A stretch of 64,000 nt of DNA from NCBI GenBank assembly GCA_012295275.1, contig CM022665.1:46996001-47060000 (forward strand). Reading direction: 5' to 3'. Below, piece after piece: positions 40,179-53,800 of this stretch (position 1 is the stretch's first letter; every line of letters starts with the position of its first letter). The notes beneath the pieces were generated by a model. That model did no database searches. It was not told where the DNA came from and was given only the letters and a program-made list of their open reading frames with translations. The position numbers and the translations under genes were made by a program. Source of the stretch: Chrysomallon squamiferum. Lineage: Eukaryota; Animalia; Mollusca.

Positions 40179-40217
<39 letters not shown>

Positions 40218-41448
40218 TTAATATAATTTTTTATTTATTTATTTATTAGGTAATTAATATAATGTGGTTACTAATAAATTCAGATTTATAACTACTATGA
40301 AATATTTTCTTCATTTTTGAAAAGAATACTTTTGAAATATAAATAACTATGGAAGAGAATGTAAAAAGAAAGGAAACAAAACAATTTTCATTGTTTATTG
40401 GGTTTTTACAATTTATTTTAAGAAACGGAATTTCACTATATTGTTCGATTTACATAAATAGAAAAATTACTTCATAATAGAAATTCTTTAAAAAACCTTT
40501 ATTTTTATTTTCCTTTTTGTTGTTATTGTTGTGATTGTTTTCAGAATACTATTCCAGTGTTTTATGGTTTAGTTTATTATTTCAGAAAAATCTCTTGGAG
40601 TCACCTGTACTGATACAGTGGAATGTTCTGATCCTAACGCTGAATGTGCTAGTGGTGTCTGTAGTTGTAAAACAAACTTCTATAAAGACACTCAAAACAG
40701 TTGTCAACCAAGTACGTTAAACGAAATGAAACGTCACTTTATTAAAAAAAATAATAATAATAAACACGAAAATATAATATCTATTATGATCAAATAGTGA
40801 CAAACTACCTGAATTACGTAATTTTTGTATACTAATTTATCTATTTTTATTAATATCATATGGTTACTAATTATTTCAGGTCTATAACTACTAAGAAATA
40901 TTCTCTTTACTTTCCAAAAGAATATATTTCAGATACAAATAACTATGAAAGTTATTTAAACAAAGAAGAAAAAACAATAGAAATGAAAGAAAATGAATAA
41001 TCTTTTTTTTAAACGAAATTTCATTATATTGTGCGATTTAGATAAATACAAAAGCACTTAATAATAGAAATTTCTTTGAAAACCATTATTTCAAATACCA
41101 CTCAAATGTTTTGGTTTTCGTTTTTGTTGTTGTGTTTATTGTTTTCAGAATACTATTCCAGTGTTTTATGGTTTATTTTATTATTTCAGAAAAATCTCTT
41201 GGAGTCACCTGTACTGATACAGTGGAATGTTCTGATCCTAACGCTGAATGTGCTAGTGGTGTCTGTAGTTGTAAAACAAACTTCTATAAAGACACTCAAA
41301 ACAGTTGTCAACCAAGTACGTTAAACGAAATGAAACGTCACTTTATTAAAAAAAGAAAATAATAAACACGAAAATATAATATCTATTATGATTATATAGT
41401 GACAAACTACCTGAATTACGTAATTTTTGCATTTATACAAGTATCTTT

Positions 41449-41487
<39 letters not shown>

Positions 41488-42625
41488 TTAATATAATGTG
41501 GTATTTAATTATTTATATTATTAGGTAATTAATATAATGTGGTTACTAATAAATTCAGATTTATAACTACTATGAAATATTTTCTTCATTTTTGAAAAGA
41601 ATACTTTTGAAATATAAATAACTATGGAAGAGAATGTAAAAAGAAAGGAAACAAAACAATTTTCATTGTTTATTGTGTTTTTACAATTTATTTTAAGAAA
41701 CGGAATTTCACTATATTGTTCGATTTACATAAATAGAAAAATTACTTCATAATAGAAATTCTTTAAAAAACCTTTATTTTTATTTTCCTTTTTGTTGTTG
41801 TTGTTGTGATTGTTTTCAGAATACTATTCCAGAGTTTTATGGTTTAGTTTATTATTTCAGAAAAATCTCTTGGAGTCACCTGTACTGATACAGTGGAATG
41901 TTCTGATCCTAACGCTGAATGTGCTAGTGGTGTCTGTAGTTGTAAAACAAACTTCTATAAAGACACTCAAAACAGTTGTCAACCAAGTACGTTAAACGAA
42001 ATGAAACGTCACTTTATTAAAAAAAAAAAAGAAAATAATAAACACGAAAATATAATATCTATTATGATTATATAGTGACAAACTACCTGAATTACGTAAT
42101 TTTTGTATACTTATTTATCTATTTTTATTAATATCATATGGTTACTAATTATTTCAGGTCTATAACTACTAAGAAATATTCTCTTTACTTTCCAAAAGAA
42201 TATATTTCAGATACAAATAATTATGAAAGTTATTTAAACAAAGAAGAAAAAACAATAGAAATGAAAGAAAATGAATAATTTTTTTTTAAACGAAATTTCA
42301 TTATATTGTGCGATTTAGATAAATACAAAAGCACTTAATAATAGAAATTTCTTTGAAAACCATTATTTCAAATACCACTCAAATGTTTTGGTTTTCGTTT
42401 TTGTTGTTATTGTTGTGATTGTTTTCAGAATACTATTCCAGTGTTTTATGGTTTAGTTTATTATTTCAGAAAAATCTCTTGGAGTCACCTGTACTGATAC
42501 AGTGGAATGTTCTGATCCTAACGCTGAATGTGCTAGTGGTGTCTGTAGTTGTAAAACAAACTTCTATAAAGACACTCAAAACAGTTGTCAACCAAGTACG
42601 TTAAACAAAATCAAACATCACTTTA
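37366..42625 (+). repeat. Tandem exon-intron array: 9 units, alternating ~605/~660 bp (dimeric ~1.27 kb higher-order repeat)
   Basis: Exon start spacings are 650, 603, 660, 606, 666, 604, 671, 609. Each exon encodes KSLGVTCTDTVECSDPNAECASGVCSCKTNFYKDTQNSCQP, phase 1-1. Confidence 0.96.
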
Positions 42626-45566
42626 CTAGAAAGGATAAAACAATTTAGATTATAATGTAACAAACAACATAAATTAGGTATTTTCTCAATTTGTACAAGA
42701 AAGTTTTTATTTTATAAACTTGTATACTAATATATTAAGTTAGAAATATTATTAAAACGTTCCTTCGCTTTTTCAAGAGAATGTATGATATATATAGGAT
42801 GAAAAGATAATAAATAAATAAAAACTTAAATAAATATGTAAATAAATCAATAAATCAATCAAGATATAAACGCACCGAACTTTCTTCCGTTTTTGTTAAA
42901 ATGAGATTATTGAGTAAAATATATTTTGGACTGAAATATTTTACAATATATTCTAAAACATCCTGGTTGTTTCTGTTATTAATACATTGAAATTATTGTG
43001 AAAAGAAATATATTAACAAAATAAAATAGTTTGTTAAAAATATATCTGAACATACATTATTTCGCAGAAACCGTTTTATTTTTATTTTGGTTTTTTTTTT
43101 TGTGTTTTTTCCTATGGATATTTCAGATTTCTCTGTTTGATCATGGAGAAAATACATTTGCAAGCAATAAGTCAAAATGTTAACGGTTATTAAAATGGAA
43201 ACAATGTCCAATTTAAGGCGTGTAACTTTCATTAAAGAAAAAAAATAATAGATGCATGTAAATTTGTAAAAGCCAGTTACAAGGTTTTGTCAGTTCGTTA
43301 AACCAGTCAAGCCTCTAGAGTAGGTGTAAGTTTAACGTTAATGATTTTCGTAATCATCACGAAAAGTCTTATCTGTATATATAACTATGGAAAGTTTCAA
43401 TCAAATTGTATATTAGCTAAATCGCATATAGAAATAAAAATGTTTGAAACAAAGAAAAACAATATTATCTATGACTTTGTGTTGTGCATCTAGGCAGCTA
43501 CGTGAAATATGACTAATATCAGAAATGTGTTTTATTTATTATAACAGAATGTACAAATCACACATGAGTTCATGCAGGTTATGTTACACTTGAATTTCAG
43601 TTGATAAGTTGAAAGTAGCTGACCTCAAACAGAAGTCTTCAACCCTCACATCAGTGACAGTTCAATGGACTTCGCCAACAGACACGTCTGCTGTGAGTGG
43701 ATACACTGTGTCGTGGACACCAGTTACAGGTTCTGGTAGTCTGAGTATTGAGGCAGGAAAGTCAGAGGCAACAATCAGTGGACTTCAATCTGGAGCAGAG
43801 TACTCTGTCACCGTGAAAACACTCATCTCTCATTTGGGACAAGAGGTAACCTCAACACCAGCACAAGTTAGAACAAGTAAGTGTTTATTTTTCTAATTCA
43901 TTCACATCCACCTTAGAGAAAGACGTCACTTAATGACGAAAATTACATAAAATGTGATGATGATAATGTAAACAGTGGTTAAATTTATAATAAAAATACA
44001 AACAGTGTTTAAATTTATGATAACATAAACAATGGTTAAATTTATGATCATAATAACATCAACAATTGTCACATTTATTATAATAATACAAATATTGGTT
44101 AAATTTATAATAATAATAATAATACAAACATTGGTTAAATTTATGACAATAACATAAACAATGGTTAAATTCCCAGTAATAATATAAATGTGGTTCAATT
44201 TAATAACTGTTATGTTTTTATTTTATAATATTATGTCAGGGTTCATATTTTTCTTTTTTCATTACATTTGAGGTGCTGTTTTGTTTCTCTTTATCTATGT
44301 ATAATGCCAAAAAATGAATAAATATTTTGCATTATAAAGTAAAACAAAATGTTCCTTTCAGTTAGCATGTTTCTTGTGTCACCATTTCTTTGGTATATTT
44401 TAAATGTTCTTTTTAAACTTTATTTTAGATGTTTTCTTTAGATATTTTATATTACTACATGTATGTTTGATAAATGTTTGTTGCAGCAACAACCATTTTG
44501 CTTTAATTTTGAATTTTCATTTCTGATTTTCTAGATAAAACTGCTAGATAAAATCACACTCAAACAACTTTTGTAAAATAATGTTAAATATGAATCTATT
44601 CCTGAAATAAGTTTTAATTAAAAGATTTGTGAATTGCCTTTCTTAAATTTTAATAAAATATATCATATTTGAAAGATTAAATTATTACATAAGTTACTTT
44701 GAGACTATAATGTCAAGGAGATTTTTTTGTTGGATAAAGCTAGTTTATCAAAGAATATATATTTTTTCTTTTAATTATTTTAATATCCATATATGAACAT
44801 AAATTTTATAACTTTTTATTTATTTATTTATAACCGTGAATTTTATTTGAATTTGTATAGCACTGATAAATAAATAAAATAGATAAAAAATAAATAAAAA
44901 TAAAACAATAAACAGTAAAATATATTTTCTGTATTCTCTTGTAGAAACCGAGTACAATGCTACCTGTACAGATCAGTCTGTCTGTTCTGATACAAACTCA
45001 GAATGCAGCAACATAACACCCAGAAGATGTCTGTGTAAAGCTCAGTATTTCTGGAATGGAACTCTGTGTAGACCAGGTGAACATTATGTTACTGAAATGA
45101 ACAAAATGATAATTAATAAAAAAATTGGTTCTGACCTTGTTTAATGTATTGGTGATACAATATATGCTAGTTTTTAGCTGCTTTTATTTTATTATTTTTT
45201 TATCTTATTTTTTTTTTAAATCTGAAAAAAATACAATAATAAAAATTAATATATAGAAAAAAATAGCATTTAATAATAAAAGAAAATGTTCACTGGAGTT
45301 GAGATATTTAAAATATAAAATTAAACGCAGCTCTCTTAATGTTTTAGGTTATTTAAGTGGTTTTTTTAAATAAGAAAGTATACATAAAATTATTCATATT
45401 TGTTTGCTGTCATTTACCATCTTTTACAGGTATTGTTTTAATTACTGCTTTTTGTGTATAAAAACTACACATTATATTATAGAGACAGTGCTGAACTTTT
45501 CAGTAAAATTTAGAAAAAATTAAAGACATAAAAACTGGTATTTTTAAAAAATAATATGTGTACATT

Positions 45567-45603
<37 letters not shown>

Positions 45604-48600
45604 TTATTATTTTTTTTTTTCCAGTATCATTTTTAACTCCTAAAAGTGTCACTGTTACTGTAACAGGCACAAAATATTTAAAAGTTGTATGGACGCCATC
45701 AGCTGATCATCAGTTTGTCACAGAATATCATGTTAAGTGGGTATCATCTACTGGTCAGACTGACTCAAAGAATGTCTATAAAAATACAAGCACAAATATC
45801 ACCAGTCTAACTCCAGGAGAGTTGTATACTGTGACAGTCAAAACTATTGTTAAAGGAGGAGTAGAGAAATCTACTGAGAAAGCTGCTGATCCACAACGAA
45901 CAAGTAAGATTTATCAGGAAAATGTTTATTATTCTGGAAAATACATTAATATGTATATTTATCCATTATTAAGAGTCTTAGAACATAAATGCATGTTAAT
46001 ACAGACATTTTCATCCAAATGATTTTCATACAAATACATTTAAGTGTGTACATAATTTTTATAACAAATGAATAACAGGTTTAAATTTCTGTAGTTAAAA
46101 AAAATAGTAATAGTTTGAATCATGAATTATTTAATATAAATGAAAAAGAAGTATATTTAAAAATAGATAATTATTTTCAAAATAAGATATAAAAAATACC
46201 AACTAAAGGTCTTTATTTGTTTTTGCATCAGATATTTACTGTAGAATGAAAATGTTCACACATTTTACAGTGATACTCAGCAGGCAGTTTGGACTTGGTT
46301 TCTTGCTTTTCATTATTTTTTCATGTTTAAACACAATACTACCTACATAGAATTCTGTTCCTCAAACCAGAAATGAGAAAGTCCTGAGAAATGACTAAGA
46401 CTAAACAAAATATCTCTGTTTAATGCACGTTTTCTGATCCATGCTGCTGGTTTAGGTGACCAACATTTTACTGACACAGGACATAAACATTTATAGCTGC
46501 TGTATTTTAAAACTGACTAATTTTTATTCTTTTAGGATTGAACACCTGAAATTAATAAAAACTAGTGTAAAATATATAATATTCCTGAAAAGGCTTTCAT
46601 TATTTTATTTTTATCTGAACATTTTCATTTCTCTCCATTTAAACTCTGATAAACACTTATTAGATTTCATAAGATGTAATATTTTAATTTTCAGCGCCTG
46701 CCATGCCAGGACCATATGATGAAAATAAAAGCAATCTGATAGCACCAAATATTACACTATATTTCAAAAAGTCAGAAGGAATCGTCACTCAGTATAATGC
46801 CACTCTGATAGGTGTTCCTGAATCTAATAACTACAATAAAGAAAAAACATTTTCACCACAGGCAAATGAATTCCAGCAAGTATTATTCACTGAAATAATA
46901 CCTGGACAGTATTATAAATTACTGATTACAGCTTACAGCTATGGCATTTCAAGTGACATCTACAAATCGCCACCAATTCGTGGAAGTGTGCAACGTGTGT
47001 ATATTTAGCTTTTATTTAATCTCTTTTAAAATTTGTTCTATCTATGTTTGTATTAAAATGTATCAAAGATATTTATAATCAAGGAACTGATCAAAAGAGG
47101 TAAAGGAATTTACTCTGGAACAAATGATTAAAACAAGTTGGACACAACAATGAAATGCATTAATCATAGTGTTGAAAGTAGTTATGTATATGCATGTAAG
47201 CATGTATATCGATGCACTTCTGTATTGATGTGTGCACATATAAAGATATCACTACAGAAAAAAGGAAAGAATAATATTTATAATAAAACTTTTTGAAGCA
47301 GCTGGTTAAATATAAAATTTTGGAGTACTAGCTGATTTTGATTAGGCTAAATACTAAATACATATATAACCCTCTGGTTTGAAAAGTACTGCAGAAATGG
47401 GTGCATAGTGAACATTTCTGCCATTGGGATTGCAAGCCTTTTATTTAAGATTATAATTACACAACTGTTTTTAAAATTATTTTGAATGACATACATATTT
47501 ATTCTGATTTCTAAGTCCTAAGGCTTTAAGAATTGCAATCATTTATGAAGTAATGACTGACACTTTAATTCTTAAGCTTTGTCAGTGTAAAACTCTGAGA
47601 AGCTTTTTTCAGAGTTGTGTTTGTGTTGCTATATGTGGAAAATAACTGATCTGAAAACATCCAGATTTCTTCATATTTGGAATGGTGTGGAAATATCATA
47701 ATTTGAAATCTTTATTGAAATATGAATTTTATTTTCTTGCAGTATTTTGTTATTTCTACCATAACAAAATATCTATGATGTTATTGTTTGTGTGTTTTTT
47801 AGTATTTTTGGGTGTCTTTTGTTTGAGTTCCAGCATATGATTTTATAGAGAAATTCACAGTTTTCCTGAAGTGGCTTTATATTTTTAATTTTTAATTTAT
47901 ATTTATTTCATCAACTGAAATGAAAGGCAATCTGAACAGGTGTAGTTACAGTTGGCTCATATTTGGAAATATGTTCTTGTTAAACATTGTAATAAATACA
48001 TGATAATTAATACATTTGTAACTAATTAATTCTGACTAAAGAAAGATATTAACATTTAAATAATTATAAGTATTCATAATAAAAAGAAAAATAAGTAAGT
48101 AAGTAACAAAATAACCTGATTTTATAATTCAGCACCCGGAGTTGTCACAAATGTGAAAATTCTTAACACTACAGTTAATTCAATACAAATATCATGGGAA
48201 AAACCAGAGAAGCCAAATGGTAAGATTCAAGCATACATCATAACAGTGAAGAACCCAGGAGAAGAGTCTTGTCAACAGAAAATAGTGCTTCACTGTGGTG
48301 ACTGTAATCATACAGCGGTAAAACTTTAACACATATTTTCTTACTTGAAAACATTATTGTCAAACATTTCTGAAATAACTTCATTTATTTTAATTAACAA
48401 GCTATATAAATATATATAGAGATCAAGTGACCATTCTTAAAATAGTTATTTTATTTATTTTTTGTTCTATATATTTGCTGTTCTTTCTAAGTTATCAGAT
48501 TGTAATATTCTTGTTTGTTTTAACTCTGCAGGTTGAGAGTGATATGGCATGCAACGGTGTTGTAAACTCAACAGTTGATTTGGGGAGTCAAGACCCAGAT

Positions 48601-50805
48601 GATAAATCAGTGGTATTCAAGTATACAATAGAGAATCTACTACCTTTTACAAATTATACAATCGCTGTTTTTGCATTCAGTGATCTGGATTCTGGTGAAA
48701 AAACAGTTATCTACCACAATACGTCTACTAAAGGTATCAGTCACTATAGAAATATATGGCATTTTTTTTCCTATTTCTTCACTGTTGATTTTTTCCCAAT
48801 TTGATTATGATTTAAATCATTTTGTTATTCAATATGAATTAAAAGTATTTCAAAATAATTCTTTCATGATCAAAACTACTTATTTGTCATGTTCATCTTC
48901 TGTTCATGTTCTCTTTGATTTTCTTTTTTTTTCATTTATAAGTATATAATATATATTACATACAAAAAGATCAGATAATCATTATTTTTAAAATTGGTTT
49001 ATTTTTCTAAACTTAAAACAAGAATTTTTATTTTATTTTAGCTGCAGCTTCTCCTACAGGCTTTGGATATTCAGAAAAGAGCAGTTCTTCAATAATGGTA
49101 ATATGGACACCAGAAACTCCTCAGCCAGGAATCACAAATTACAATTTAACTGTTCATGAAAAATTGGAGACAGGATCAGGTGACAAAATATTATTATCCA
49201 AGAACATTGAAGGTAAGCAAAGATTTTATTTTGTATCAGTTTAGAGTAATTTTGATTATTAATACAATAAAAAACAAAACAACATATCCACACCATTAAA
49301 AACAAGGAAACCAAACAAAAAACCTCAAAAAAGAAACAAACAACAACAATAATAATAATTCAGCTCATATTATTGTAAAAAAATTATAGTAATTATTACA
49401 TAATATCCAAATTGCCTGCAAATTATTATTTAACACTGACATGCAGAATGTAATATTTGTAAATTATGGGGGAAAAAAACCAATAAAAAAACTAATGATC
49501 AAGGAAAAATGTTGAAAGCGCAGTTTAAATGTTTTCAATATTATTGCATTATAATTTAAGTGTACAAGACTTTCATTCATACCATACATTTTGTTTAATG
49601 TTTTTGATTAAGTGTACAAGTCTTTCATTCATACCATACATTTTGTTTAATGTTTTTGATTAAGTGTACAAGTCTTTCATTCATATCATACATTTTGTTT
49701 AATGTTTTTGATTAAATGTACAAGACTTTCATTCATACCATACATTTTGTTTAATGTTTTTGATTAGGTTGGGATACTGATCATCAATTAATTACAAATC
49801 TGTCCAGTTATTGGGATTACAAGTTTTCTCTGACTGCAGCTACCTCAGCTGGACAGTCAGCTGTGATATGGACAGAATATATTAAAACTAACCAGTCAGG
49901 TAAAACATGAACTACCAATATATATTAACACATAATGTTTCACATAACCTAAAAAATAGAAAGAATATCTGCACTAATTATATATATTTATATGTAGGCC
50001 TTACTGTTTGATGTGGAGAACAACCTAAGACTAACTGGTTTTTCAAATTAATTTTATTTAAAATTATTATTTTATTTTTTTCCATATTCTTAAAAATAAA
50101 GATATAAATAGCTATTTTCAGTTTGAAGAACCACTTTTCTTTTGTCATTTTTTCATGAGCAACAAGAATCAAATTTTCTTTTGGTAAAACAGACAACAAC
50201 AACAACAATAATAATGACAATAATAATAATAATCATAATAATTACATTTAACAGTAAAAATGACTATGAATGAATTAATGAAATAGTACAGCCAATTTTC
50301 AAAATAAAAAGTTTATGTGTTTTCACTAAAATCCATATTAGGGTCTGTTACTTTGATTTGATTCTCTAATCCTTTGTATTGTTTTATTGCCACATTATAT
50401 AACTGGAACACAAATAAAACATTAATATGAAAGTGTGAAAAGAATTCAGATCATGTATTTGTAACTATGTTATTTTTCTTTATCTGTATTAAGTCTGCAT
50501 TACTGAAAATGAGTATCAAGAGAAAAAAACTAAGGTACTTTGCTTTTAAGAAATCCTTTTATATATATTTTTATTATTATTTTTTTTTTTTTTTTTCAGC
50601 TCCCAAGGCTGTTGATTCATTTTTAGTAACTCCATTACCAAATATTTATGATTATCTCCATGTGAGTTACAATTGTCCAAAACAAAAAGATGGAAGAAAT
50701 GGAATAGTAATCAGTTCCACTTTAAGATATTTCCCAACAGAGGTAAATATTTCATGGAATGCACTGATAGTGTTAAACCTAATTGTAATACTGACAACAA
50801 GTATA

Positions 50806-50842
<37 letters not shown>

Positions 50843-53800
50843 CTAAATACATACTCAACAATAAATAGTTGAATATAATAATTATAACTCAAATAAATAT
50901 TATAGGTTTGAATATATAAACCAAGAATGAAGTTAAGCACATAATTTTCATAATGACTTATAAAATGAATGATGCCATAATGAATAATAGCTACATTCAA
51001 TGTTTGTCCAAGATATACTTGTAGTGAAACAAAGTGATCAACATTTTTTATAAATCAAATGGTGCAGGAACTAGTATTATAATGTCGTAAAATAGATTGA
51101 TACAAAATTAATATACATGACCATATTTTCTTTCAACAGCAATATCAAAGTAAAGCAGTCATTAGCAAAAATATATCAAAACCAAATGAAAACAACTGCC
51201 AGTTTTCATTTAATGTATCTGTCACTGCTGAAGTTAATTATACCTTCTCTGTAAGTATGCTTTTCTGTTGTAAAAATGTTCAGAAGAAACCAATAATAAA
51301 GAGTTATTCTTTTAGTTTACAAAGACAAACGTTTTATTATTGCTTTAATATGGGTTTCTTATAACATGCTGATATTTTTAGCTTGTTTTTACACATGACT
51401 TTAATGAAATAGAACAAAGATTACTCTTTTCTACAATTATTATAAAATCTGATTTGTAAACAATACAGAGTATGTTTAATTATATGAAGGTCTATCAGTG
51501 TTCATTATTTTGAAATGTAGTATTTCTTTTTTTCAGGTAAGTCTGAGAACAATTGCTGATGGTGAAATTTCTTCAATGGAAATCTACACATATGCTGGAC
51601 GTATGTTTGAATATTAATTTATTCATTCCATTTTTTGAAATTATTGTATATTTATATATAATCTCATGTAAAACAAACACTCAAAAAAGTTTATTTTCCT
51701 TTGAATGTAAATAAGACATATAGGCCCATTATCAAGTTTATTTCTGAACAAAGAGTATTGTGTCATTTGTAATTCTATCTGGTTTATATATTAGTTTATA
51801 TATTGCTGAGGGCAAGTAATAGATTTAAAAGTTATTTATTTATTTATTTTTATTTATTATTATTATTATTATTAATTTTATTGTTTTGTTTTGTTTTTTT
51901 TCTAGCTCCAGTGCTTACTGCAGATATAATGAGTAAACCACAGAATCCAGTTCAGTATGAAAAAAAGATTGCTCTCCAAGTAAAACCTAGATCTATATAC
52001 AGTTCAAAAACAGGAAAAGTTATACTGGCTGGTCTCATTGTCTACAGAGAAGATATTTACCCAGTGACGGTATAGTAGTATAACAAAATAACTCTGAGCT
52101 GACACTGTACTGAGTCTACCATTAACCACACCAAACAAATGAGTGTATATACAGGAATCAATAACATGCAAAAGTGTGAATTTTATTTTATTATTATTAT
52201 GTTTATTAAAAACTCAGTGATATATGGTTTCCATGCATGCAAAATGTTGTAAGGCTCTTTTTGATTGTGTATCCAAGAATTTCAGATATCACTATTCATT
52301 CTTATTATACAAATAACTAGTGATAAAAGTGTTTTGTTTTACAGTTTATCACATGTCAGCAACACAATGATTTAACTATTGAAGTTCCTCAGTGATTTCA
52401 TTAAAATGTATTATTAATGAAAATATATAAATCCATAACTGGGCCCAATTTATATATACTCTAATTTAGAAAGAATGCTTTGTGGTATTTATGTTCCATT
52501 TTAAAATCAGTGAATTAATGTATCACATTGAATAGTTTTTTGTATACATATTTTCAGCAATTTCAACATCATTATATACTTACATCTTACATTTAAATTG
52601 TTATATTTACATCTATTTAGTCACTGAATCATTTTTGTTGCTGAATAATGTATTTCAATTAAGTATACTTATTGACCAAAACTGCAACCATAATAACAAC
52701 TTACTTCCTCTGTATCTTTAGTGGCTGTGTTGTTGTTCAGAATGCAGAGTAATAACAGAATCTGTTTTTAATCTGAGAATATGTTATCTGGATATCATCT
52801 ACTTTTATCATAGTTATTTTTTTCCCCCTCAGATGGTGATGTAAGTAGTGAAGAGGTTAATTATATTTTTTGCAGGACGAAGAAAACGTGATATTATCAA
52901 AGTTGATCGTTATAAAAATTACCATAACTGGTATGATTCAAAGAAAAAGGACTTCAGTTTGCCATACAGGACAACCAATGAAAGCTGGATCGATAGAGGT
53001 ACTAGAAAACATTCACAACAATATTTTTAACTTGTTTATTTCAAATTAATTTACACATATAAACAGAAAGTGGAATGAAAAAGATGTCTGGTTTCAACTT
53101 CTTCCAATTTAAAAAATATATTTTACATATACATCCTCACCTTACACAAAGTGAATTTTCAAATGAAAACATCCTACATAATATTTTTGAACTGAAGCAA
53201 ATTATATGAAAACAATATTATATCTTCTTATCTTAATTAGTTTATATAGCCATTTCAAAAATAAACAGCAGCAGCAGTAAAATAAATTTTATCAATTAAA
53301 TGTGTATTAAAATTATTAAGATTTTTATTTTTATTTTTTTAATTTTTTAAGTAATATGAAACTCTTATAGCATTCAAATATGATATAATGCAAGTATTTC
53401 ACCTGAAATTAATGTTTTTTACAGATTTACAAACAGCACAATATGAGATTGGAGTTATGAACTGTGACAATGAAAAAGGAAAAACTGATTTCTGCAATGG
53501 GGAGCTGCCGTCTGGAAAAAAATTTGTGTTAGTACATTAATTCATAATTTTTTTTATTTCTTAAACAATTCACAGCACTACTGTCACTTTTAGTAGATTT
53601 GTTATATAAATAATAAAGAAATCATTTAACAATTCATGTTTTGAGAAGTTTTAAACTAGATAAAATAAAAAAAGAAACTGAAAGCATTTAATCTATTTAT
53701 CTTGCAGAGTTGTTCTGTTTAGCTGTACAGTTGGGGGCTGTTCAGAAGGTTTGGGCATTCATTTAGTAACTAAACAAGGTAAAAACAAATCACAATTCAG

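Noticed and set aside
37937-42604. Repeated ORF ...QKNLLESPVLIQWNVLILTLNVLVVSVVVKQ...
   Set aside because: Wrong frame of the EB exon; splice phase and the Cys pattern identify the other frame.
52833-52840. Apparent 8-nt micro-exon (CTCAG|ATGGTGAT|GTAAGT) as a fix for the RPTP-B phase problem
   Set aside because: Gives phase 2 rather than 1 and leaves only a 35-nt intron to the next acceptor.
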